Source: Camelus dromedarius (taxonomy: Eukaryota). From it: a stretch of DNA of 64,000 bases. Each line of letters begins with the position of its first letter. Position 1 is the stretch's first letter. Below the pieces are notes generated by a model that made no database searches, was not told where the DNA came from, and saw only the letters and a program-made list of their open reading frames with translations. Both the position numbers and the translations under genes were made by a program. Shown here piece after piece: positions 37,809 to 56,063 of the stretch. The DNA lies in assembly GCF_036321535.1 (NCBI RefSeq), contig NC_087459.1, forward strand, positions 21,948,001-22,012,000, in the 5' to 3' direction.

Positions 37809-39559
37809 ATTATTTTAAAGATTGAGAAATTGAGTTCTGCCTTCAGGAGGTGGGAATTGTATCTTGGAGAAAATCCCCCAGTATAGGATGAGTATTTCCA
37901 AGGTGCTGGACAGCCTCAAATTTGACAGGTGTCTACTGCTCAGTATGTTTTTTCAGTCTGGAAAAAACCTGACTACTTGGAGGAAGAGGAAGAACACACA
38001 GGCAGGCCCGTATGAACCTTAGAGGCTCTAGAAATCAGGGTTTTAGAAATCTGCAAGACAGGGCAGGGCTGACATCTGCGGTGTTCGTGGTTCTTTCCTC
38101 AGCACCGGCACTGAACTTGGCATGAAGTGGGTGCTCTAAAAATACGTATTTAATGAATGTTTGAACCATGTTACTTTGGATAACTCTATGGAAATGCCTT
38201 TTCAGAACTACTGTCCAACAGGATGCCTCCAGTTTTGATCAAGAGCTGATACACCTGATCTGAATTAAATATATAAAAGAAAAATAAGTTTTATGTACCT
38301 AATCTAAATATATGAAAGAAAAATGAGGAAGGTATATTTTCAAGAAGGAACTCCAGACCTGTTCTTCCTGGTAATTCTAAACTGGTTCTTTTGTGGGGGA
38401 GGGCTTTTTTTTTTTTTTTAACCTTTTTGGGGGCATTTTTTTTTAGGAAACTTGTTGAACAATCAAATGTTATGTAGTGCTGCTAAATTATTCCTGCACC
38501 CTCACTGATCTATGATGGAATTTCTCCTATAGTTGCTTTTTCCTAGCTGGACTTTGGAACTGCTGCTGAGAAGATGGGGCCTTATTCCAGTTAAAGTTAC
38601 TTGACCTTCTCTGTCCACACACAGCCCCCTCCAGCTCCCTCCCAACTTACGATATGACTCTTGGAGAAAACAGAAATGAAGAAGGGTATTTTTACGTGAA
38701 AAGGTTCTAAGCGCCTCTCTCTCCGCTTAGAGCTTTGACGGTCATTGCCAAACAATTCCCTGAGAACTCTCTTCCCCAGGTCTCAGCTTGGAAGTTCCCA
38801 CTAAGAGTTTTTCTGGCTGGTACTTGGTCAGTGGCCTGAGGGCTGCTAGCATCCTCTGCTGCTGTCGCCCCCTTGTGGCGCACCTGCCCAAGTACCCAGA
38901 GACTTCTATACAGGGAGTCTGTGCTTTTCTAGGCTGATGGTGGTTTTTGTCTTAACTGCCTCTGTGTAAGAGGCAGTGCAGAGCCAGCTCCTGCTGTCTT
39001 TATACCCACTACTGTTTCATAAGTTCTCTCTCACATAATTAATTGAGCTGCTGCCAAAGCTTCCAGTTTCTAGAAGTTTAGGTTTTTCTTTGCTGCAGGC
39101 AGAGGGAAGAACAAGTTCACTAGCTGTTAAATAAACCCCAGTGGGCAGCATCCCAGCCCCCCTTCAGACATTCCTCAGCTGTTGGTGGTGAAGGGTGTGG
39201 AGGGACGACTGCATGGAGGTCTCTCTCGTGCCTGTTTCCTGGGACGCCATGACCACGACCATGATCATATTTTCCAAAGCAACGATCAATCCAATATGTG
39301 ATTTACTAAATATAAACTTTGTTTGTGGAGGCCCTAAGACCAAATATTTGAAATGGAATTGTCCCAAAAGACAATTTAGTGATGATACAAGACATGGGTT
39401 AGTTACAATGAACAGTAAGGGGAGTTTGAGGTAAGACAGAATCAGGGTAGAGCCCACCAGTAGCTCATTCTATGGGATAATAGGGTCTAAAGAGGGGCTG
39501 TTAGCTTCCTCTGACACTGGAAGGGACTAGAAGTTTATTGTAACAGACATCTGTCGTTC

Positions 39560-40030
39560 TGTGTCATCTGCTCATCATACCTATGTCTTCTTCTTCTGGT
39601 AATAACTCCCTGGGTTTTCTTTGTGAAATCACCACCACCAGCCCTACCACCACCATTTTCTGTTCACAGTTCAGGTGGGGTTGACTCCCTCCTCCAGCTC
39701 TAAGAGGGGCCACCTGACCCAGGCCTAGCCAATCAGAGCACTCCGTTCTCCTGGCCATAGTGATTGGTTTGGGAGGGGCACAGGTCCATGAGTCTCAATT
39801 TGGGGACTTCTTTCTGGAGCTGTTGAGACACAGTAGTACTTTAACTGGACTTAAGAGTTCAACTGGAGACTTAGATGAAAGCCAATATTGAAGCCATTTT
39901 TAGAGCAGACTTGAAAGATTGGGAGAAATCTTGCCTTGTTAATATTATTTGAACCCCCCACCCCCACCCCGATCAAGATGTACCAGAATTGAGAAAGATT
40001 TGTACTCTTAGGCTTTTCAGTTCCATGAAA
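39560..40030. mobile_element. MLT1 (ERVL-MaLR) LTR
   Basis: GCCACCTGACCCAGGCCTAGCCAATCAGAGCAC...GTGATTGG and TTTTCAGTTCCATGA motifs. Confidence 0.6.
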
Positions 40031-41889
40031 TAACAAAAAGCCAGTATGAGAGGGGGTTTTGAGTCTTCATTGTGTGCTAAATGTTTCTAGTGAAAAGACA
40101 GCATATCTCTAAACTTTTACCAACACATTTCCTACTTCTGTTCCCCTGTACTGTGATCCACATTTTATTGAAACTTTTTTGCCTTCTTTCGTAGATACAT
40201 TATAAATGTCTTTAATAAACATTCTGGAGGATGTATGACTTCAATGAATTAAACTTAATGGGCACTTGAAGTGAAGGGCTCTGATATTTGTTAAAATGGA
40301 ATTAAGTCAAATAAATCATACATTGAGATATAGTCCAACTTGCTAAGGATTTAATAGGTTGAGTCTTTGTATTTTTATTTTCTTCTTCCATTTCATAATA
40401 GTACAGTGTTATTCATCAAAATAAATCTATATGCTGTTACCTGATTTATCTGAAATACGTATCTAATGCTGGGGACACAGAAGACTTTAGCTGAGCCAGG
40501 CACACTTGTGCTTAGTTGGCTTCGTGGCTGGTGTAACTCAAGGCCAGACTGCGGCTAGACCACCTGCCACAGTTTGAAATTGCTGCTCCCATATGAGCCC
40601 TACATCTCACATCCAAGTGCTGTGTTCACTAGACCAACTAGTATGTAAAGAGGCCTTAAAATGATGACTTATTAATCTCAGATATTTTCTAAACCACTAT
40701 TTTGCCACTGCAAATGCTGATTATTGACAATACACTTGAAGGCCCTTCTGTACTATCACTGATGATGCTGAAAATTTGATGAGACCATCCTTGCAATTTG
40801 TGATAATCTCATCCTTACAGATGCAAGGAACCACTTCCGGTGAAGTGCACTGGATCCAAGTAAACAGCATAGTCTTTAGTTGCTTTTCTCTGTTACCACT
40901 ATAGACATAACCATGATCTCATTGACTGGCAAGTAAAATGACCATGAAGACTTCCGATTGGGTGTGGTCAGCTTCGTGGTCACTTTGGTTAACTTCCCAA
41001 GTGTGTCCACGTTGTATCTTGGGAGGATGAGGATGAAAGAAACCTGAGTCTTAGCATTAAAAAAAAAAAAACTCTGAAAAACCAGAAGTGGTTCCTTGAT
41101 TCAATTAATATTTACTGAGCGCCTACGGTGAGTCAGGCACTAGGCCAGGGTCTCTGCCCTTATGGAGCTCCGTCTACGGGGAAGTCAGACATGTGACCCG
41201 GCATTCGCGACGGTTCTCAATGACGCTGTAGCAGTTACCACCTCAGGTGTGACAGGGGACTGTGGGAAGGCTTTGGGGGCTCACATAATAAGTAGGACAA
41301 GTTTAGGTAACAGAAAAGGGGGAAGGTCATTCTGGGAAGTTGGAAATAAAGTTAAGTACAAAAACACAGAGGTCTGAAAGGCCGTGGCCAGTAAAGCTGC
41401 AGAGGTAGGGCAGAGCCAGACTGAGAAGACATGTAGGTCATGTTGAAGCATTTGAACTCTCTTCTGTAGGCCATGTTGGGGGGTGAGGGTGGGCACAGAT
41501 GCTTTTAAGCAGGGGAGTGACATCAGATTCAATGTTGGAGTCTGGGGTTTAAGCGAGTACTATCACTGATGGATTATACGTATGATGAACCAGAATGCAG
41601 AGGCTGGAAGCAGAGAAGACTGAAAAGGAGTCTACTGCAATAATCTAGGCAAATGATGGCAAGGACTTGCACTTAAGGCAGTAGAACTGGCAACAGAGGG
41701 AAGACAGAGTTGAGAAAACTTTCTAAAGTAGGCGAATAAGATGTGGTACCTGGCGGGACTTGAGTTGGAGGTGCTGTGCTAGGGGAGAACAAGGAATCAA
41801 GGACTGGGGTAGCAAGTCTGGAAACTCCATGGATGATGCTATGAAGCACTTCTCTGCCGTCTGAAATTCTCATAGAGTAACATTTTTTC

Positions 41890-42620
41890 CCCACTTTTTC
41901 TCCGCTCCACGTCCTGCTCCGAGAGGGGCGCCACTGCCGGATCGCGGCCGGCAGCCTCCGAGGGGCCTGTTGGGAAATGTAGTCTCCCGCAGGGGGTCCT
42001 GGGAGCGGGAAGTGCGTTGACCCCTGCCCCCGAAGACCCGGAGACCCGGATGTGGAGGGTCTCGGGCATCCTTACCCAGCCTCTGGCAGGGGGCGCTCCA
42101 GCCCCGGCCGCCCAGCTAGCTTCTCACCTCCCCAGAAAACGCGCCCCCGTCCCCTTGCCTTCCCAAGAAGGGCCGAAACGGTAAGAGCAGTGAGCACATG
42201 ACAAAGCGCTGCATAGGAACCCCATCCCAGTCCCTAACTAGAACATGAGAGGAATGGCTAGAGGCGGTCTCTTCTCAAGCATGAGGTTTTCGGTACCACG
42301 GGACCACGCTAGGCCAGGGCACCTTGGCCATGGATCACCCAGTTGCCCCCGCCCAGCGATTTTTGAGCCGCGCGCACGCAGACGCGTCGACCCCGCCCCC
42401 GAGCCGCTCTCTCCTCCCTGTGCGCAGAGGGTGCATAGGACGCGCTGGAGGCCGGAACTTCGCGCCCCCTAGGGGTAGAGGGAAGTGGCGAGCGGCAGGG
42501 GCTGGATGGCGCTGGGTGGCAAGGTTCAAGAGGCTGGCTGGGTCGCAAGCCCAGGCGGGATTAGGGTGAGGCGAAGGCGAGTGAGGCGCTGAATTGTGGT
42601 ACAGAATTTCACGGGGCGCC
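41890..42620. promoter_or_regulatory. CpG-island promoter with no coding gene attached in this window
   Basis: Dense CpG. TGGGAAATGTAGT (reverse of ACTACATTTCCCA, the ZNF143/THAP11 motif) at 41971-41983, GC boxes, ETS CCGGAA (about 42452) and GGAAGT (42481). Confidence 0.7.
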
Positions 42621-44948
42621 TCCAAACTCAGTAATCAAGATAAACGACATTGTAATGCGGTATTTCAAAAAATCAAAATGAATGCAAAAAAATGCGTAGT
42701 GAACAAAATATCGACCATTTAAATAAAGACAATGCAGAATCCCTGTCCTCCTGGTGAATGTCGAGGGACGGGAGGAGGGAGGGAATCTTACTTGGACCGG
42801 GAGGTGCTGCTCCAGCATCCCCGGCACCCTTCCCCAAAAAGCACCGAAGTCGTCACAGTTGAGCTTCCGGGTGGGCGGGACTCCCAGCTGCCAAACCGTG
42901 GCCACACCCACTCCGCGACACCTGCCTCTACACCGCCCACCAGGCTCAGAGGAGGAACCTGAGTCCCAAGACTGGGTGAGATCAGAGACAGATCTGGACG
43001 GAATCCAAGCTCATGTCCTGACCTAAGCAGAAGAAGGGCCAGCCCAGGGGAGGCAGTATTACTGAGTTCCCCTCCCTCTCAACCGTCCCAGGCCTTAGTA
43101 TTTTCAGAGCGCCTCTTAATGTGAGAAACTAGCTTCCAGGTAACTAAAAGGGATTGTGCAAACAAATCCTCCTCCCACGCCCACCTCTGCCACGTACCTA
43201 ACATCCATCTGCAGGTAGAGATTTTGCAGAGAATACAATCCACCCCTGAGGAAGCTGAGCCCAAAGGCCACTCGGAAGAGTATAAACAGGACCTGATCTT
43301 AACAACTATTTATTGAGCGCCTACTGTGGATGTGCCTGGCTCAGGCTTCCAACTCTGGCCCTGGCTTGTGCTCTACGAAGTGCCGTTGATGGGGAACATG
43401 CAAGAAACTTTCCCTTCATCAGGGACCCCGTGTCCTGAGGCATATGTTGCTCCCAGCTTCAGGAGACAAGTGGCATTCATTACCTGTCACCTTGAGGAAG
43501 CCTCTTATATTTGCTCCAGGTGAAAGTGCCCTTTCTCCACTGCCAGCATCGGTCCTGAGTCCTTCTCCTTCGTGACACAAAGCTATCCTGGGACTGGGGC
43601 TGTCTTGCTCATTTTTATAACCTTTGGGAGAAGCTAGCAAGTGCTAGCATGTGGTGCCTGCGGACCGATGCCACCAGTGAAAGGGCTCGAGCCTTGAGGA
43701 AGAGCGGGGAACTGACATTTACCAAATCACTTCCTTGACCCGAGTGTTTCAGGTAGGTGGTCCCATGAATCCCTTGCCACAATCCTGAGAGGTAACTATT
43801 ATCATCCCTGTTTTACAGATGAAGAAACTGAAGCTCAGAAGAGGTAGACCTGTCCGAGGTCACACAGATAGGAAGAGAGAAGCCTGGACACTGTTAGAAG
43901 CTGAGAGAGGGGTTACTTCCCTTCAGCCCCTATTCTATGTGGGTACAGTTCTAGATGCACCAAGCCTGATAAAAGGCAAGACTGTGGGACAGGGCACCAG
44001 ATGCATGGGGCTTATGGTTCCACTGGGTGGGCAGTAGGCCTCCCCCAACCTCAAAAAGGCTACAGTCTGTGCCCCTCCCAGGAACAAAGCAAGCTACCAG
44101 GAGGAAAGAGAAGGGCCTCACAGCTTAGACTTGGCTCCGGGCACACACTGTGCATTGCTTAAGGAAGCCTCCCTCTGGCTTCCATATACGCTTAAGTTTT
44201 ACCAACAGAAACACATTTGTTTACTTAGACAGCCCTCTGCAGGGCCCAGGCAAAAGGGCCATGTCCAATCCCCAGTGTCTGGGCACAAGTGAATCTTCAC
44301 CATTTTTCCTGTTGAGGGATCAGAGATAGAGCCCGGGGAACCTGAGAGGTAATAGGCTAAAGAAGAGGAAGGGGTAGATGACCAACCTCGGGCCTTTTGC
44401 CCCTGCCTAGAAATGGCACAAAGCATCCCCTGAAATCAACAGACAGGTCTCCTCGTCCTTTGCTTTGGCCCAGGGCCCCACCAGTTTCACCCTGTTCTTT
44501 ACAAGAGTTCTCTCAAAGGGGTCATACACCCCAGAGCTCACATAATAGTCCCAAATTCAAATTGCCTGGTCCTTCTGCCACAACACAGCCTTCCTTAGGG
44601 TCTGCTCTGGAGGTTAGGGCCCCCTGACCCCGCTCCCTTCTCCACTGCGTTCTTCATGGGGGCTTGCCTGGTGTCCAGCCCTGTTCCTCTGGGACAAGGT
44701 AGTTGTTGCTCTGGGTGTGATTAGCATCATCCCTCCCTAGGCCTTTGAAGGGATCTGGCCAGCAGCTGCCAAAGGTGTATCTGCATCTTGAAGCAGCTGT
44801 GCCAGTGATGGATAGCACTTGCCAACCAAAAAATCTCCCTCCAGCTGGCCTTCTGTCTCCAGGGCCTCACAGGCCAGGCCTAAGTCCACTTTTCTGTTCT
44901 GATTCCTCCAGCCTGGGGTTCCCTGATTCAGCCCACAAACCAGCAACC

Positions 44949-46412
44949 CTAGAGGAGCAGAAACAAGGTTTGCTGAGAAGTGCTAGTCTGCTCAGGCCTC
45001 TTGAGGTCTGGACCCAAGTCAGGGCTGAAGTTGGGGCTGAAACTTAAGCCAGGGATATGGGCTGCCACCCTGGTGTGTCCGCTGGTGCTGGCCCAGGTTG
45101 GAGCTGCGGGCAAAGGCCTTGCCACACAGCAGGCCGACATAGGGCTTCTCACCGCTGTGCGCCACCTGGTGGATGAGCAGGTGGGAGCTCTGGCGGAAGC
45201 TCCTGCCACACTCGCTACAAGCATAAGGCTTCTGGCCGGCGTGAGTGTGCTGGTGCCGCAGCAGATTTGAACTGTGTACAAAACTCTTGCTGCAGTTGGG
45301 ACACTGATAGGGCTTCTCGTCTGTGTGCGCTCGTGGGGTTTCAGGAGCTTGGAGCTGTGGTTGAAGGTTTTGCCACATTCTGGGCAGGCATAGGGCCGTT
45401 CACCCAAGTGGATACGCTGGTGCTCAGCGAACTGGGTGCGCTCACTAAAGCCACGGTCACACTCAGGACACCTGAAGGGGCGCTCGCCATTGTGGGTGCG
45501 CTGGTGCCGTAGGCAGTCCGAGCTGTTGGTGAAGTTCTTGCCGCACTCACAGCAACTGTAGGGCTTCTCCCCTGTGTGCGAACGCTGGTGCTTGAGCAGG
45601 TAAGAGCTACGCCCAAAGCTGTCACCACACCAGACACAGCGATAGGGCTTCTCACCCGTGTGTGAGCGCTGGTGCTGCGCCAGGTTAGAGCTGAGGCAGA
45701 AGCTCTTGCCGCATTCTCCGCAGCGGTAGGGCTTCTCGCCTGTGTGCGTCCGCTGGTGCTGGATCAGGTTGGAGCTAACGCTGAAAGTCTTACCACACTC
45801 CGCACAGGCATAAGGTTTCTCACCCGTGTGCACCCGTTGGTGTTTAACCAGGTCCGAGCTGCGGCCAAATGCCTCCCCGCACTCTAGACACTTGTGGGGC
45901 CGGAGGCCTGAGTGGGAGCGACGGTGCTGGATGAGGTTGGAGTTCAGGCTGAAGCAACGGCCACACTCGGGACAGGGGTACGGTTTCTCGCCAGTATGTA
46001 CCCGGTGGTGCTTAACCAGATCTGAGCCACGTCGGAAGCTTTTGCCACACTCTGGACAGCAGTAGGGCTTGTCACCTCCGTGGCTGCTTTGGTGGTGAAC
46101 GACGTCAGGGAGATAGGCTGCAGTCAGTCCACATTCCCGGCACTCGAAGGCTTTGGGGACAGCAGGATAGTTGGTCCTGGCAGGATCTTCTTCCTCCCTA
46201 GGGCCAGAGACTGACCTACGTAGGTACTGCAGGCCCAGCATCATTTCCCGAGCGGCCGGCTGCCCGGGCCATATCAAGAAGGGCCGATTGGGTGTAACAA
46301 CTCCGCAACTGAAGGGGGACCCCGGGACTCCCTGGGATCCTGACGTCCGGTTCTCCCCCTGCTCTGCCCCGTCCAACTTCTCCCTTGCAGCTTCTGGCGC
46401 CGCTGACTCCAT
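44949..46412 (-). CDS. Single-exon C2H2 zinc-finger protein (13 fingers ancestrally), frameshifted in finger 10; no KRAB/SCAN seen
   Basis: ATG at 46412 in strong Kozak context (GCAATGG). Nine complete fingers with TGEKP-type linkers. Finger 10 is broken at about 45330-45340. Fingers 11-13 continue in the ORF 45019-45378 frame, and the uninterrupted ORF ends at 44949 (487 aa). Lies between COX6A2 and ARMC5, the interval holding human ZNF843 and mouse 9130023H24Rik. Confidence 0.8.
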   Translation of the reverse strand: MESAAPEAAREKLDGAEQGENRTSGSQGVPGSPFSCGVVTPNRPFLIWPGQPAAREMMLGLQYLRRSVSGPREEEDPARTNYPAVPKAFECRECGLTAAYLPDVVHHQSSHGGDKPYCCPECGKSFRRGSDLVKHHRVHTGEKPYPCPECGRCFSLNSNLIQHRRSHSGLRPHKCLECGEAFGRSSDLVKHQRVHTGEKPYACAECGKTFSVSSNLIQHQRTHTGEKPYRCGECGKSFCLSSNLAQHQRSHTGEKPYRCVWCGDSFGRSSYLLKHQRSHTGEKPYSCCECGKNFTNSSDCLRHQRTHNGERPFRCPECDRGFSERTQFAEHQRIHLGERPYACPECGKTFNHSSKLLKPHERTQTRSPISVPTAARVLYTVQICCGTSTLTPARSLMLVASVAGASARAPTCSSTRWRTAVRSPMSACCVARPLPAAPTWASTSGHTRVAAHIPGLSFSPNFSPDLGPDLKRPEQTSTSQQTLFLLL

Positions 46413-46499
46413 TGCGGTGAAGAGAGTCCCGTTTTCTAGATACCAGCTACTTAGCTCATAAGCACAACCAGAGCTGGAGACACTTGGGACCCAGGGATC

Positions 46500-47152
46500 C
46501 AGCAACGGAAACGGAAATGTCCACTAGCCCGTGCCATTCTAGGAAATAGCAGCGAACGGTCTCGGTAGGTTTAACCCTCTCATTCACCTGGCGGAACAAG
46601 TGCTCCCACTTGCAGCCGCTGTTAGGAACTTGATTTTTTCCGCTTGGCTCGGGGTTCTCAGTTGGTCAGCGCAGACTTCGGTGCCCCGGCCACCGCTGGG
46701 AGGCGTCAGAGAGAGCCTGCAGGAAAAGGTTATCGCTGCCGAGGACACGCTGGGGGCGGACTAGCCAAGTCACCTGGAACGGGACGGTACTGAGACTCTG
46801 GTCAGATGTCTGGGTTCCCCCGAGGCACTGACCCATCCGAATACCCTGGGAGAGTTTCCCATCCATCCTAAGTTAGGTGTGTTAAGCTTGGCGCGGACTA
46901 CACAGCCCAGCGTGCACCGCACGCGCCTCTTTGTCTCGTACAACGATTAACCACTACTCTCTACGTGTCTTCTGCGACTGTGCAAGTCAGAGAACTGGGA
47001 TCGCGAACTACAACTTCCGACTTGCATAATAACTGCGGCGGCGCTATTTAAAAAGCGTCAGAGAGGAGGTGCCTGGCCACGCCCCTCTCTTCCAGTTCCG
47101 CTCCCTTGGATAAGCTGCGAGGAGGGGGGCGGAGCCTTAGGCCTGAGCCAAG
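46500..47152. promoter_or_regulatory. Bidirectional CpG-island promoter shared by the ZNF gene and ARMC5
   Basis: The two ATGs are only 741 bp apart, head-to-head. ACTACAACTTCC (ZNF143/ETS-like) at 47007-47018, TCGCGA at 47001-47006, TATTTAAAAA at about 47045, GC box at about 47127. Confidence 0.75.
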
Positions 47153-53933
<6,781 letters not shown>

Positions 53934-55953
53934 TGTCCCCTGGGAGGAGACCCGAGGATGAGTTGGCTATGAAGGAGATCCCCCTCAGAGTGGCACAGGA
54001 GGAGGCTGAGCAGAAGGAGTCACCGGCAAGGACCTGTGAGAGGATGGACCTCAAACCTGGCTGATGGTCTGAGACTCAGGAGTGAGAAGCTAAGGCCAGG
54101 GGCTGGGCATGGGGCCCACAAGATGAAGAACAGCCCAGAGCCCCAGACACCTGGCCTGGCCCGGCTTTCTGGAGTTGGAATTAAAAACTTTGGAGATGGG
54201 CTGCCCCTGTTGTGTGGTGTCTCTGCTTACTTTCCTGTGGAAGTCCCTCTACCCCCTCACCCATCAAGTAGGGTCTAGTCCAGGTCTGTCTCAGTAGAGT
54301 ACACCCTTGGTTTAGAAGTTTAATAAGTAAGTATGGGCTGATTCCTGGAGCCCTGGAATATGGGGGAGTTCCCAGGCTTCTCCCAAGGATGTGGTTTTGG
54401 GCCCCAGGGGAGGCCTGCTTCCTGCTCACGCTACTTCATTGCTCAAGCAGCCACCCAGCTGGATGCAGACCTTGGTCAGGGCTAAGAGGGTTGTGCTGAG
54501 GGAATGTAAGTGTGGGGATATACATCCGAGGCCTTGACATTACTATTTCCTCAGTGCTCTTCCTCTTGTCTTGGGCCTTTAGTCTCTGGATCTGTTTTCA
54601 TGTTTTGGGTCAAGTGTCCTCCTGCTGTTTTTCTAACGGAAGACCTGTGTTCTTCAAGTCCGTGAGGCCCTTACTCATGCCCAGACAGCCTGAGCCCTAG
54701 GCTGACATTCAGGTGAGGGAAGGGCTCATGGTTTTTGTCACCCAGGCAGGGTCTCCATGACCTGGCTCCCAGATCACTGACCATAGGTGGCAGCCTGACT
54801 TTGAGGAGAGTGCCTGGACGGGGCCTGCCTGTTAGCTCCTGTGGAGCCAAGGTTGCCACTTGCCACCTCTGTGCCTCTGGGAGTGTCCAGGCCTCTGTTC
54901 TCAGGCTGTGCTTTAGAACCACCCAGAAAGCTTTTTAAAAATACTGATGACTGGGCCCTTTCTGACTGAACTGGACTGAGGGGAGGATACCTTGGGTATC
55001 ACTCTTTAAAAATCTCCTAGGCTGTTCTGATTTGCTGCTGGGTTGAGATCCTCACCTCCCTGCCAATTCCAGGGTTCATACCTGGGCTCAGGTCTGGGTT
55101 GAAACCCACAGTCCAGTGGCTGCAGCACTGTTGTGTCTGTCCATACCCAGCTCCAGAGTGTCTCGTTTCCACCTTGATTTCTCAGGGTCTCTGTCCAGGG
55201 AAGGCCTCTTGTTCTTTTGTGGCTGGGGTCTTTGTCTTGCTTTCTTCTCTGTTCATCAGTATATTGGGAAAAGGCTCTTTGGGGGACCGGTCTGGGTCAC
55301 CTCTGTTGGAAAAGGCTGGCTGGGTCTGGCTGCCTGGGAGTTCTCCCTGAGTCTTCATGGGGCTTGGGCCTGGTTTCTGTTTATCTGTGTCTATGTCTGT
55401 TTCCAGCTCTATAGCTTATAGTCTGTGGGAGGGCTCATGGGGTCTCTGTCTCTGGGAGAGTTCTTTGTGTCCAGTATGTATGCCTTTTGGGATCTGTTTA
55501 TGTCACTGTCAGTCAGAGTGTCTGAGGGAAGGTCTCTGAACCTGGGATCTGACTGATCCTTAGAACATCACTCCTGCCTCCAATGCAAAAATTTTGTCTG
55601 GAGCAGTCTCCCAGGAACAGCCTGGATGGGAAAGGTCTCTGTCTAGGACTCAGGGTGCTAGCTTTGGGAGGTGGGGTGTTGGCTTGGGGGCCTCAGTCTG
55701 TGTCTACGAGTCTCAGTGGGCAGAGGATCCCGGGCTTGGTCTGAAGAGCCACTTTTCTTACCAGGCTCTGGCTGCCTGGGACTCCCTGCAGCTGAGGCCA
55801 AGGCTGGGGTGTGGCTGCCTCCGCGGCAGGCCGGCGGGCTGGGCCTGGGTGGGCCGGGGCCCTCCCTCCCTTACAGGCCCCCACGCCGGGTTCTCCCGTT
55901 CATTGTGCACCCCCCCCCCCTCGCCCCAGCCCTAACCCAGCGGGTCCCGGCTT

Positions 55954-55963
55954 CCTTACATGG
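55954..55963 (+). promoter_or_regulatory. CArG-like SRF site in the TGFB1I1 promoter
   Basis: CCTTACATGG (one mismatch to CC(A/T)6GG), 100 bp upstream of the ATG, among GC boxes. TGFB1I1 is an established SRF/myocardin target. Confidence 0.6.
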
Positions 55964-56063
55964 TCAGGACCGGGCCTCCAGATCCTGGACTTCCCCCTCC
56001 CCCCGCCCCCACCGGACACGGCCCCCGCCCTGCTCGCCCCGCGCGGTCTGCCCGCGCCCCGTC

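Noticed and set aside
40030-41070. Non-repeat-looking segment ending in an A13 run, a possible retrocopy
   Set aside because: No frame gave a peptide I could recognise and no TSD was found. A BLAST search is needed before any call.
55100-55560. A-poor TG/TC-rich low-complexity stretch between ARMC5 and TGFB1I1
   Set aside because: No periodic unit or identifiable motif; treated as ordinary low-complexity DNA.
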